DNA from: Leidyana gryllorum EB-2025a
Taxonomy: Eukaryota; Protista; Apicomplexa
Assembly: GCA_048772705.1 (NCBI GenBank)
Contig: JBLWGC010000043.1
Location: 124,001 to 188,000, forward strand
Direction: 5' to 3'
DNA length: 64,000 nt
Shown here: positions 10,794 through 23,100 of the stretch, piece after piece
Numbering within the stretch: the stretch's first letter is position 1
Layout of the letters: the number at the start of each line of letters is the position of its first letter
The notes under the pieces: model-generated
The model's input: only the letters and a program-made list of their open reading frames with translations
Told to the model about the DNA's origin: nothing
The model's database searches: none
Program-made: the position numbers and the translations under genes

Positions 10794-10864
10794 GCATCTG
10801 TGGTCTAGTGGAAGAGTCGCTCGTTGCCATCGAGATAACCCGTGTGCGATTCCCGACAGATGCA
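10794..10864 (+). pseudogene. tRNA-Gly(GCC) pseudogene
   Basis: TTGCCAT loop; B-box mutated to GTGCGA. Confidence 0.65.
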
Positions 10865-10908
10865 AAATGATAGCATGATGAGTTTGTCGGCGGTTTCGAT
10901 TCCGACCG

Positions 10909-10981
10909 TGGGAGTGGAGAGGATCGAACTCTCGACTTCAGGATTATGAGACCTACGCGCTACCGACTGCGCTACACTCCC
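10909..10981 (-). tRNA. tRNA-Met(CAT), elongator type
   Basis: Complete cloverleaf, GTTCGA T loop (not initiator GATC), T31-T39 juxtaposition. Confidence 0.9.
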
Positions 10982-11057
10982 CCTCCGACTTTCTCCGAAG
11001 GATCACCCGAACCCAGAACCATGCTGCCAGGCAGGTTGGGTCAAGATACAACAAAGC

Positions 11058-11129
11058 GGGCTGTTCTGGGAATCGAACCTAGAACTTCTTCCACCCGAAG
11101 GAAGAATCAGACTACTAGACCAAACAGCC
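11058..11129 (-). tRNA. tRNA-Pro(CGG), partly degenerate
   Basis: GGCTGTT/AACAGCC acceptor, CTTCC TTCGGGT GGAAG; D-loop GG mutated. Confidence 0.7.
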
Positions 11130-11263
11130 GCCTCCCGGTCTTGCAAACCGCTGAGCACAGTCGCGAGAGTGGTCATACTATGCTGAGAATCAACAAAAAT
11201 GCGACGGGCCTGCACAACAAAATGGAAGGACCTTTGGGGTTGGAGGCCGGCGTGTTCAGAGCG

Positions 11264-11335
11264 GCCGAGATAGTCTAGTGGTTAGTATTTCCGCCTGTCA
11301 CGCGGAAGACCCGGGTTCGATTCCCGGTCTCGGAA
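11264..11335 (+). tRNA. tRNA-Asp(GTC)
   Basis: TCCGC CTGTCAC GCGGA, CCGGG TTCGATT CCCGG. Confidence 0.82.
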
Positions 11336-11390
11336 CACAGTTGATTTCGCTTAAGATTCTCCCCTTTGGTTCCCGCTGAAAGTTGCGAGC

Positions 11391-11463
11391 TACAGCCACC
11401 GATGATTGAACTCGGGACCTTCTGCGTGTGAAGCAGACGTCGTGACCACTAGACCATGACTGC
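11391..11463 (-). tRNA. tRNA-Val(CAC), slightly degenerate
   Basis: TTCACAC loop; GTTCAATC; T-stem mismatch. Confidence 0.7.
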
Positions 11464-11580
11464 ACGGAGCTTGCGGACTGGGAAACACGGCGTGTGTCTC
11501 TGGAAACACGTAACCTGATGACCTACTTGAGGGAGCGCTAGTCCGATGGCTCTTCCAACTCTTTTGGGAAGGACTGAATG

Positions 11581-11652
11581 GGTTGCGTGGTGTAGTGGTT
11601 AGCACTGGAGACTTTGAATCTCCCGACCTGGGTTCGATTACCGGCGCTACCT
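11581..11652 (+). tRNA. tRNA-Gln(TTG), slightly degenerate
   Basis: GGAGA CTTTGAA TCTCC arm; TGGTGTAGTGG A-box. Confidence 0.75.
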
Positions 11653-11833
11653 CGAAACTAGTGCTCACTACTTTGTGAAACCTGGCCAATTCTCTTGGTC
11701 TGTGGGACCTTCCGTGCGACCATCCTCTGGTGGTCACGGCGTCTGCTTCACATGCAGAAGCTCCCGACGTCAATCCTCGGTGGCTGTGGCTCGCAACTCC
11801 GCGAGAACCCAATCTTAAGCGAAACCAACTGTG

Positions 11834-11905
11834 CTCCGAGACCGGGAATCGAACCCGGGTCTTCCGCGTGACAGACGGAAATACTCACCACTTTACTATC
11901 TCCGA
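11834..11905 (-). tRNA. tRNA-Asp(GTC), slightly degenerate
   Basis: Paralog of 11264. Confidence 0.7.
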
Positions 11906-12001
11906 CGCTCGCAAACACGCCGGCCTTCAGCCTCAGACGTTTTACCAGTTTCGAGGTTCCACGTACACGAAACGCGTGGAGCGGCGAGCCAACAACACTC
12001 C

Positions 12002-12081
12002 GGCAACATGGCCGGGTGGTCTGAAGCGCTGTGTTCATGCCGCAGTTCTAAATCGCGTGGGCTCTAATCTCACGCTTGTCA
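12002..12081 (+). pseudogene. tRNA-Leu pseudogene (loop reads CAT)
   Basis: Decayed paralog of 10446; B-box lost. Confidence 0.6.
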
Positions 12082-12153
12082 TGCATACTATGTCAAAAAC
12101 CACGGAATGCTACGACGTCTGCACAGCGGGCGACTAGCTCAACGCTGGATTGT

Positions 12154-12224
12154 GCATCTGTGGTCTAGTGGTAGAATGTCTCGTTGCCACCGAGACGACC
12201 CAGGTTCGATTCCCGACAGACGCA
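12154..12224 (+). tRNA. tRNA-Gly(GCC)
   Basis: TCTCG TTGCCAC CGAGA; GTTCGATTC; stem mismatches. Confidence 0.72.
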
Positions 12225-12368
12225 GGAGGCACGCCTCAAACCGCCGTGCCAGATTAACAGAGACGCTCACAAGCTTGGTCGGCACGAGGCCGGGGCATTC
12301 TGACACTTGATGTAACAACCCCCTGACATAGAATCGAATGTGAGTTACGCGGTGGCACGGCGGTGATC

Positions 12369-12442
12369 GCTCCCCTAGCTCAGCTGGTTAGAGCATCGGC
12401 CTTATGTGCCGAAGGTCGAGGGTTCGATCCCCCCGGGGAGCC
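12369..12442 (+). tRNA. tRNA-Ile(TAT), intronless
   Basis: GCTCCCC/GGGGAGC acceptor, TCGGC CTTATGT GCCGA. Confidence 0.85.
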
Positions 12443-13018
12443 AATCCACCCAATGACAGCCGAACGCGACCGCCGAGTACTCCAGCATTTTGACACCTAT
12501 GAGTGCCCTAGCCGGGCAGGCCGACCAGGAGGCTGTTTGACCTTAAGGTATCATTCTCCCTCGCTTGGAAGAACGTTGCAAGTGGGTGTTGTAGCTCAGT
12601 CGGCAGAGTCTACCCCCTAACCACTCGAGCAAGTTGTCGAACTGGGCATCTTGCGCCCAGTGCCGTCACATACTTTTCAGCAAGCTTGACTCGGACTTCT
12701 CGCGCTGCCCGAACCTGCGGTCTCCCATCAAAAGTCTTGCGCTCTACCGACGGACTTGGGGCGGCAACGAAGCTCGGACTTAGTAACAAATTCCATTCGT
12801 ATTGATCGTTGAATCTTGGACCTTCCTCGGGTACAGGGCGAAGCTGTATCAGAGATGCACTCACTTGGTCACGCCCGGGCTCCAACCACGGACTCAGAAC
12901 TTATTAGGCTCACGCTCTGGCCGCCTGAAATACGCGGCCGCTTCAGAGTTGAGGTGAACAGTCACTAGCCGAAGGAGCCGACTGATGTGTTCAGCAAAGC
13001 CTTATGATTGGTACTTAG

Positions 13019-13340
13019 TGAAGAAGGTGTGCGTAGCCCTAGCTAGGTGTGACACAACCCTTAGGATTAAACTAGTGCTTTGGTAGAATTTTTGTTTTTG
13101 GATTGCATGCTATGATATGATATAGTGTTCCGGCCGGGCTAACACGAAGACACCGGGTCGACAAACACGCCCGCGTGCTTGGCACAGATTAAACTAACTT
13201 CTTTGAGTGAGCTGCAGGATGGCTAGAGATGGACTCCGAAGCAAGTCAGGGACCGATCCAGCAGAAGATCACAGCCCTTCTGTTGACCTACCAGTAGATC
13301 CGGTGGCTGATCAACCGGTAGAACTAATACCGGTCCACCA
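13019..13340 (+). mobile_element. LTR with unmatched flanks
   Basis: TG...CA ends, CCGGCCGG module, U5 peptide MARDGLRSK; joins the tRNA cluster to a minus-strand RNase H. Confidence 0.6.
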
Positions 13341-15679
13341 TCTCACAACCTTGGGTGAAAGATTTTTCAGCTTGGCTAATGTGGTCAGCGGTTTGTGGTC
13401 AGTTCGAAGCTTGAACGGCCTATTTATCAGGTAGAAGCGCCATCGTTTCAGCGCCACTTCTATGGCGTGGAGTTCTCGCTCATGGACCGGCCACTTCTGT
13501 TCTGTAAGTCCCAGCATTTTGCTGAAATGTTCAATTACCACCGTAGGTGCTCCTTCCTGTTCTTGGACTAAGGCTGCTCCGATTGCCTTATCTGAGGCAT
13601 CCGTGAGTACGACGAATGTTGCCTTCGGGTCTACCAAACCTAGTCTGAGTTGCGGGTGGAACTGTTCCGTCAGCGTTTTCCACTTGTGCTGCAGCTCGTC
13701 TGTCCATTCGACATGCTCCTTTGGCGCTTTTGCCGCTATGATCTGATGGAAGGCGGTTGTGTGCTCGGCAAATTTAGGTATGAATCGTCCATAATATGTC
13801 ATTCCACCTATTATCCGTCTCAGGTCTCTCACTGTAGTTGGTGGTTCTTTATGTCTGAACACTTCCATTCTTGTCGGGTCCGGTGTGAGCCCGTTCTTGT
13901 CCAATTTGTGTCCTATGAACTCGACTTCTGTTAAAAAGAAGGCTGACTTCTTCACGTGTAATTTCAGTTTGTGCTGTTCCAATATTTCAAGTACCTTGCG
14001 CAAGTGCGCCCTGTGGTCCTCCCAGTTCTTGCTGTAGATCAGTATATCATCTACGTACGCGAATACGTAGTGTCCGATTGCTTCTTGCAGGATCTCGGCT
14101 ATGAAGGCTACAAACGCGCCGGGGGCATTGCGTAAGCCGAAAGGTAGTACGGTATATTCGTACTTGCCAAACGGTGTCACGAACGCCGTAAGCGGTTGTG
14201 ATTCGGGTATGATCCGAATCTGGTTGTAGCCGGCCTGCATGTCAAGCTTCGTAAATACTGTGGATCCTCTCACAGACACCGCTATCTCTTCCACTCGTGC
14301 CAGTGGGTACGGATAGGCTATCGTTTTCTCATTCAATGCCTTATAGTTTACCACCAGTCTCGGTACTGGGGTATCTTTCTTCGGTACCAAGAAACATGGT
14401 GACCCCCATGGGCTCTTGGACCGCCGTATTCTCCCTGTGTTCATCATCTCCCTGATCTGTCGTTTCATCTCTATCATCCCCGTTTCCGTTGTTTGATAGG
14501 GATTCTGATTGACCGGTGCCCCATTCACACGTATTTCGAAATCGTGGAACCCTCTAGATGGAGGTAGTTCCGGGCTCGGTACAAATAGCTGGCCAAAACT
14601 CTCAGTCACCCAGCGTTCTGTAGCTGGTATTCTAATGCCAGTCGGGTCAATTTGGCTTTCTGGTACTCCGACCGCCATGCACTGTGTTGTGTGACGCGGT
14701 GAGTTTAGGTTGTCCCCAGCGGTGCTACCTAGGAGCACTTTACCGTTGCGCAGGATCGTCGAGTCGAGGTTCATGTTCACAAAGGTAAAAGCACACGTGT
14801 GTCCGTGTCTCCGCCCGGCCGGCCGGCCGGTCTCCGAGACACAAACAAGCAGGGCGGATTGACCGAGGTCAAGCGCCGTCAGAAATCCGCCTTTGGCGTA
14901 GGTGGTGTCCACCGCAGAGGACTCCGTCTGCTGGATCGAGGAGTGTGGGCCGATCCAGCAGAGCAAGGGGGGTTCGGGGAGGTGTCATTCCGTTACAGTT
15001 GGCCATTGGCATCTGCCCCTATCATCACTCGCAACTTTGCGAATTCGTTCAGTCCTATGAGTGCGTCATATGCACTCAACGGTGCCACTCTGAAACACAT
15101 CGTTCTGAGTTGGCCTCTCCCGGTAAGTATTGCCAGTGAAAGTCTGCCTTTTGTCGTGCTCTTTCCTATGCCGTCGAGCTTCTCTTCTATTCCATCTCCG
15201 TGGCCTAGTTCATGCCTCTTGGCTGTGGCCTCACTTAGGATATTGATCTCGGCTCCTGAGTCAAGTAAGATTCTTAATGGTATCTTCTTCTTGTTCGTCA
15301 CTAAGTACCACACAACCGTTGCCGCGCTGCCACTTCCTACTCTGAATATTTCCACTTTCTGGTGTCGCTGAGCCTCCTGTACGTGTATCGCCATTTCGCT
15401 GTCGAGGCCCTCAGCTACTGGCAGCTCGGAAAATCCTCCACTTCGATCGGTTCTATCTCCGTAGATTCGCTCATTATCCTTGGTTGGTCTGGCTCTCCCA
15501 CTATGTGGATTGCTCGTCTCTTGTTGCTGAACTTGTCCTGATGTTGTTTCCGGCTTTGGCATGCTGCTGCTAAGTGGCCGCTTCGTCCACAGTTGAAACA
15601 CAATCCTTTCTTCCTACAGACGGCCTTGTCGATTCTTCCTGATCGCATGACCATGAACACCCGTTTGCTGCTTTGTGGG
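13341..15679 (-). mobile_element. Ty3/Gypsy fragment: gag CCHC, protease, RT, RNase H
   Basis: CFNCGRSGHLAAAC, LLDSGA, YVDD, TDASDKAIGA; RT-RH open over 13341-14689. Confidence 0.9.
14690..14997 (-). mobile_element. Solo LTR
   Basis: TGTAACG...CGTCACA termini, gttg on both flanks. Confidence 0.75.
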
Positions 15680-18072
15680 TGTAATACTGAAGAAGACTGA
15701 CGACACCGACTAGCCGAACCCAGGCCGACAGGTAAGATAGCCAGAATGTGAGGCGGTGTCTCCGTACCCGGAGACACCGGCATTTTTAGTTACACACACG
15801 TGCGATAAACCGATCTGTGAACCAACTTACCGTCAATGAACTTACGAAGCGGTAAAGGCCGATGCGCAGCTAACCGTTAAAGGAGCGGTTACACTGGTAG
15901 CAGTGCATTTAGCCCAACGGTTGCCCACGACATGCCGACGGAGGATGGCAGGGCCAAAGCGACAGAAACGAAAGCCGGCACGCGAACGCCGCCAACGGAA
16001 GAGCCCAAAGGACTCACCGACGAACGACAACAGTTGATTGAAGACGTCGTACGGGTCGTACGGGCGCAAAAGGCAACAACCAACGGTCAAGCGGACACTC
16101 ACCAGGACACTAGAGCGGAACTAGCATCAAAGAAGCATACGGCCTTCGACGGTAGAGAGGCGAAAGGAGCCAGAGACTGGCTATACGGCTGTGGAGCGAA
16201 ATTCCTCGCATACGGAGTCACTGACGACTCTGCGAAGGTCAGAGCAGCTTGCGCCTTGCTGACTGGACCAGCGGCGAGATGGCTCTTACAAAAACCTTAC
16301 CTGACACAGGAGTCGTGGAACCAATTCAGCAAACTGCTGATAGCGGAATTCAATACCATCGAAACCATTGAAAACGACATGACGCGACTGCTTCGGCTCA
16401 GAAAGGAAGGATCCATGGAACAATATGTAGCACAATTCCGTGAACTCAGCAGGGGACTGGCGGACCAAGTCGAAAACCAATTTCTGGTGAACCTCTTCTT
16501 CGATGGATTACCAGTGGAGGATAGGGTGGCATTAGCACCGCAAATCTGCTAAAATGCCGAAGTACTCTACCTTCGGGCTCTACAATACACAACAGCAATG
16601 AGAGGCGTCAAACTAAGTGCCACAGAGCACTGCTTCGCAACAGAAGGACCACAGAGGGTCGGACGCAGATGCGAGTTTACACACGAGCAATGGGTGAAAG
16701 AAAATAGATGCTCAGTGCATGGGAAATGCAGATTTCCAGAGATGACAAGAGACCTCGCCGAGAACAGGGCGGAGTAGCGAGACGAATGGACCGGACCACC
16801 CACAAGGTGTACAATACGGAGGCTCATCAGGATTTTCCAGCTACCCCGGTACTGCCCAGCCAGATAGCGGGGGAAATAACGATCGATTAAGCAGATTGCC
16901 AACACTTACAGCCACGTGGACCATCAGCCGACCAAACCAAACCGAACCGCAGCGACAGGCATGCGTTCTCATAGACACAGGAGCGACAATTACTTGCGCC
17001 AATAGTTACAGCAGCAAACATCTAGAATTGCCTCACACAGGAAGAGTCACAACGGTTAAATCGATACATACAACCAACGAAGCACCAAACGTATGGGTAG
17101 TATTGACAACCGCAGGGGGGCAGAGAGTTCGACTTGAAGCAGCAGAAATCGATGACCTGGCTTACGACCTGATCATACCGACCGGGGTCATTGCCTTTTT
17201 GAAGTTAGCCATTGGACTACCACCGGGAGGAGGATTGTGCATCCTGGAAAAATTCATGTTACCCGTGGAGAAACGAGCTCGAAAAGCCGACAGACCGGGT
17301 AGAGGATGGAAGGGAGGATGTCAGAAGGGAGAGGTTCTCAGCACGATGGAGACACTCGAGGAACCCGAAATCGACATACCAGCAGAAGGAAAGCCCTCAT
17401 CATGCAGTTTCCAGAAATAGCGCCAACAATACCGCCGCTCCCACCCCATAAGCAAGGGATTGACCACACCATAGTACTGCGAGACCCCAACACGACTCCT
17501 TTCGTACACCAAGCCTACAAGGTACTTCAGCGATATATGACAGAAATGCGCAAACAGATAACGGAACTTACCGACCAAGGAAAGATAGCGCTCAGTTCGC
17601 CCAGTTGGGGATCGCCTTGCATGTTTGTCCCCAAAAAGGACACTCAGATCCCTCGGCCTGTCTGTGACTACCGACGTCTGAACGACGCAACGGTCAAGGC
17701 GGCTTCACCACTCCCGAACCTTGAGGACGCCCGGCAGTGCTTAGCCGGAGCGGAATGGTTGTCGAAGATAGACCTGAAATCGGGTTATTACCAGATCAGA
17801 GTAGCCCCGGAATCCAGACATCTCACCGCATTTATAACCCCATGGGGTCTTTTCGAATGGCACGTGATGTCAAACGACCTTACCAATGCTCCAGCCACGT
17901 TCATGCTTCTCATGAACACAGTGTTCAAAGACATGATTGGTGCATCAGTATTCGTGTATTTGGATGATCTGCTCATCTACTCCCGCACGAAGGAAGATCA
18001 CAGGAAGGACTTACACGAAGTATTCAAAAGACTTAGCGAAAACCAGCTTATTATCCATCGACCCAAGTCGCA

Positions 18073-18385
18073 TGTAACACACGGTTCCCGAACCCCCTCT
18101 GGAGCCCTTGTTGGACCGGCCTACACTACTCCGTCCGGACGAAGGCTACTACGCCAAAGGCGGATAGATTGACGGCGTTTGGTCGGAACCAATGCACCAA
18201 CGTGTCTATGTTTCCGTCTCGTGCCGGCCGGCACACGGGAGACACAGACACAGATCTAGATCAGGATAGATCACTTGACTTACCTTTTTGTGTGCCCGCC
18301 GATTGACTGTGAACCTACCGATTGTGACGTTACACAACGGACGGGAAGTAACCCCCCCCAACGGTGGACCCGCCGCCGGGTTACA
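18073..18385 (+). mobile_element. Solo LTR inserted in RT
   Basis: TGTAAC...GTTACA, TSD tcgca. Confidence 0.9.
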
Positions 18386-19854
18386 TCGCAGTTCTTCAAA
18401 CGCACTCTTGAGTACGTTGGACACATTATAGGACGAGGGGGCATTCGGCCTATCGGAGAGTAAGTTGACGTCATCGAGAAGATACCTTACCCGGCCACCT
18501 TACGGGAGTTGGATTCTTGGGAGTTGTCAACTACTACCGCAGATTCGTGCCGAACTTCGCTGAGAGAGCCAATGCTCTATATCAACTTAGTCATGGGCTG
18601 CGGCGACCGAACGATAAAGTACCAGACAGAGAAGAAGGACAAAAAGCCCTCAACGATCTAAAAAAGGCACTAAAAGAAGCGCCCAAACTGCATTTTCCAG
18701 AGCTAAATGATTCAACCCTTGTCATCAATGCCGATGCCAGCTTGCGGGCCATCGGAGCGGTTCTTCAGCAGGAGAAAGACGGCCAGATGTGTCCGATTGA
18801 TTTCATGTCCGTCACGCTGAATCCAGCTCAGACAAGGTATGCAACTCATGAAAGAGAGCTGTTGCCAATCGTGACGGCATGCCGCCATTGGAGACACCTC
18901 ATCACGGGACGAAAAGTGAAGATTCTGACAGATCACCGACCACTGACCTACTTATTGAGCCAAAGCCATCTGAGCGAAAAGACAGGTACGATGGCTGATT
19001 TCACTGACTAAGTTCGATCTAAGCATCGAATACATATCGGGAACGAAGAATATAGTTGCTGTCTTACTAAGTCGCCCTCGCAAACCAAGCGTACAAGGCC
19101 AGAACGAGGACACCAACAACCAATGCAACAATACTGAAGACGTAGGGCAACGAGAGGCCACCATGGAGCGGGCCTCATTAGAAGAACGGTTGAGACAAGC
19201 CTGGGCGAATCGCACAGACGAAGCTGGCAAATGCGGAGATATAGAGTGGATTCAAGAGTGCCGGTCACGGCTCAACTCATCGAAGTTCCAGCGAATACAG
19301 ATTTAATCAAAGCTATAATAGCTGAGAATCATGATAGCAGGTTAGCAGGGCACCTTGCGGCGGAGAAAACTGCAGGGAGGATTAAAGCCTTGTTCACATG
19401 GCGCGGACTCATGGCTGACGTTGTCAGCTACTGCAGTAGTTGTGACATTTGCCAACGGGCAAAAAGGCGCAATCATAAGGCATATGGGCTGTTACACCAA
19501 CTCGGGAATCCCACCTTTCCGTGGGTTGAGGTAGGGATGGACTTTTTAGAGTTTCCACTCAGCCAGACCGATCATCTGGACTATCTCTTGGTCTAGTGGA
19601 CCGATTAGCGTTGTACAAATGCAAAACGGATCATTTCAGACCGCGATGCACGCTTTCTGGCGGAATTCTGGAAGACACTCACGCAGGCGCTGCCGCGTAT
19701 CACCCACAGTCCAACGGACTGGTGGAGAGAACCAATCGGTCGATATTACAGATACTCAAGTGCACGCTCAACGGCTACGAAGAAGACTGGCCACACCATA
19801 TCACCGCGGTGGAAATGGCCTTTAACTCAGCTATACAGACGTCCACCCAGGCCT

Positions 19855-20082
19855 TGTAAGACTCCTCTGGGTGCTGCAGTGGAACCTCTGTGGTAGGTTC
19901 TCAGTCCACTGTTCGTTTGGTAGTGGCATTTCGTTTCGTAGTTACTCTATTGGTCATTAGTTGTAGTTAGTCACAGATCACACTCAAAAACTGTTGTCAC
20001 ACGCGTGTGTCCAGTGTCTCCGTTCGCCCGGCCGACCGTCCGGAGACACAAACATGCTTACCGTTGTCAGGTGTTCTCTACA
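19855..20082. mobile_element. Solo LTR inserted in integrase
   Basis: TGTA...TACA, TSD ggcct. Confidence 0.88.
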
Positions 20083-20118
20083 GGCCTCCCCCCTCGAACT
20101 TGACACGGGAAGACCAAC

Positions 20119-23100
20119 TGTGATCTATCAGGTTTACGTGGTTCCCACCGGAACCGCTAGGGATCACCTTGCCGCTGCGCAAGATGGTGGAATCGTCAGA
20201 CATCGTAAGTTCCGTTCGTCAAAAAGATAAGAGAGCACAGACATATTCCGGCGGATTGACTCTGGTCAATCGCCGACAATTGTCCGCCTTAGGCGTAACT
20301 GGTGTCCTTCTCGGGTGGATCCTTCTGTTGGATCGAGTAGTGTCGGTCGATCCAACAGCGCGGGGCGGGGTAGAGGTGGAGGTGTGGCGTTACACCCTTC
20401 CCTTACCAGATCAGAGTACGGGGCCTGTGCATGACTTCGATTCCATTCTTCCTTGAATGCTTCAATGAGTTCGTCGCCCAAACCGTCTTGATCGTGTTGT
20501 AGAGGCTCCCAGTTTGCGTCTTCCATAGGGTATCCCAACCACTTGACCTTATACCAGAGCTGACCACTGTCGTCTCGTCGCTCTCCAACGATACGCTCCA
20601 TCATATTGAGTTCTTGGCGTTGTGGGGTTGCGGTCTCCGATGGAGTGTTCACTCCCGGGCGTTCCTGATACGGCTCCAGCCTGGAAACATGGAATTTGGG
20701 AGGAGGTTCCACGATGGAGGGCAGTCAACAACGTAGGTGTCATTCGCGCAGACTTGGGTGATTTGTAGGGGCCGTAAAAGGGTAGAGTCAGCTTGTTGGG
20801 GGGAACATGTCTCAGTCCTTTTGTTGCCAACGAAACCCCTTCTCCCTCCGTTTTCTTACGCACTGTTCGGTGCCGACCGAATTGTTCCTTCTGCCTTCCG
20901 GAGGCGTCCTCCAGGCAGTCCAGTGCTTCCCGCAAGCGTTGCATGTGGGATACAAAGGCCTTGGAGTGGTGGGAGGGTAGTATGGAGCGTGCAGGCATGA
21001 AAGAAGCCCGTCCCATATTGAGCTCGAAGGGGGAGGTTCGAGTGGAGGCTTGCCGGGATGAATTGTAGGCGATTTCAATGAACGGTAAGTGTCGACTCCA
21101 CTGCGAGGTGAGACCGCCGAGGGTGCATCGTAGTATCTGGACTACCGATCGATTGATTCGTTCGGTTAGCCCGTTCGTCTGGGGGTGGTTCGCCGTTGAC
21201 ATTGCCAGCGTTGTCCCCAAACTTGTCATCAAACTTCTCCACATCGAGGAAGTGAACGTCGGGTCCCTGTCGCTGATGATTCGGGTGGGGACTCCGTGCA
21301 GTTTCGCTATGTTGTCGAGGAGAGGTTGCGGCGCCCTCAGCTGTGATTGTCTTTCGGCAGGCGAGGAGTCGTATGCGTCTGGTGAGGCGGTCCACGACTA
21401 CCATCAGGTAATCGGTTCCAGTTCCAACGTCCGTGGGTAGTTCCAGGAAATCGATAGCCACCTCCTCCCAAGGGAACAAAGGGTTTCGGAGGGGGTTAAG
21501 TAGTCCCGCCGGTGCGTGGTTGCGACGTTTGGCCTTCTGCCAGATGTCGCAACTGTGGCAATACGCGACCGTGTCAGCGTGCAGTCCCCTCCAATTGAAC
21601 ATCGTTCGGACTCTGGCCGCCGTCTTATCTGGCCCCAGATGTCCCGCTAGTCGTGAGTCATGATTGAACGCGATGATGTCTCGTATCACTTCTCTATTGT
21701 TAGGTACTTCGACCGTGCCGTCGTCCAGAATAGGTAAACCTTCGATCCATTCCACCGGACCGACCTTGTCGGCTTCATCTTGGTGCCGTATCCAAATGTG
21801 TTTCAGCCGGTCTTCAATGGTGCCTGTGGTGTCTAGAGCCACTCTCGGGGAGCCTATGGCGTTGCATGACGGTATGGGCGGGTTCGCGGTGCCTCGTTGA
21901 ATCGGCCGACTGAGGAGGTCAGCGATCAGATTGTTAACTCCCTTTATATAACGTATCTCCAGGTCGAACTCTGAGAGGGTGACCATCCAGCGGATATGTC
22001 TGTCAGTCAGGTGTGTTTGTTTCAATATATGAACGAGGGGCTCATGATCTGTCTGAATCATCGTGCGTCGTCCAAGGAGGAGGTGCCTCTAATGGCGACA
22101 TGCTTCCACGACACTCAGGAATTCTCGTTCGTGAGTAGGGTATCGTGTCTCCGGTGCAGTGAGTGTCCTGGAGAAGAATTCGATTGGCCTTGGACCTTCT
22201 GTGGTCGGTTGTTCCAGTACTGCGCCCAGCGCGTATGAGCTGGCATCTGTCAATATCCACAATTCCTCACAGGAGGTGTCGGGGTAGTGTAGGGTACTTG
22301 TAGGCCGGAGGCCACACCGGTAAGTCTGTGTCTCGGTGTCTCCAGTGCCCGCCGCCACCGGGTGAGGAGACACGCAGACACACACATGAGCGGAGTCAGT
22401 GAACATTTTTAGTTACGTGGAACGACGAACAATGCACTTACGAAACCGCTGTATAGCAACAAACCCGGACGTAGATCTAAAGGAAACTTACAGTACTGGC
22501 GGTACGCAATGCCTCTTTTAGTTCCTTTAAGGCTCGTTCGGTGTCTTCAGTGCGGATGACTGCGTCATTTGGGGATTTTAGTCCTTTAGTAGCTGAGTAT
22601 AACGGGTTTGCCCGTTCGGCGAAAGGCGGTATAAACCGGCGGTAAAAGTTGAATGCTCCGAGGACGCTCTGAGTCTCTTTCAGCGTCGTGGGGTGGGGTA
22701 GTGTACATAGGTTGTCCTTGTTTCGTGAGAGGGGTAGTATTCCCTCTGCTGAAGTTTTGTGGCCAATACATTCCACGGTCTCTTAAAAAAAATGGGATTT
22801 GCGTGGATGGACGACTAGCTGGTGCTGCTGTAGCCTTGCTAAAACGGCTCGTAGATGGGTTGCGTGTTCCTCCCGTGTCCTGGAGAAGACGAGAACATCA
22901 TCCAAGTAAACGAACAGGTAATCTCCGATCATTGCTCTAAACACTTTATTCATCAGTTGCATGAAGGTGCCTGGGGCGTTCATCAGCCAGTTGGGCATGA
23001 CCGCCCACTCGAAGAGTCTCCACGGTGTAGCAAATGCGGTGAGGTGCTGTGATGTGGGTTCCATCCCTATCTGATGGTAACCGCTTTTCAGGTCGAGAGT

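Noticed and set aside
5910-12885. Short ORFs across the tRNA cluster
   Set aside because: They overlap tDNAs and show no protein motifs.
14927-14961. 11-bp hairpin CTGCTGGATCG/CGATCCAGCAG with a compensatory change in the 20119 LTR, as a possible ribozyme
   Set aside because: Not maintained in the 18073 and 54898 LTRs, where the peptide is; no hammerhead core. Coding explains the conservation better, though a dual role is not excluded.
13311-14966. 551-aa ORF as an intact gene
   Set aside because: Chance in-frame fusion of a solo LTR with a truncated RT-RNase H.
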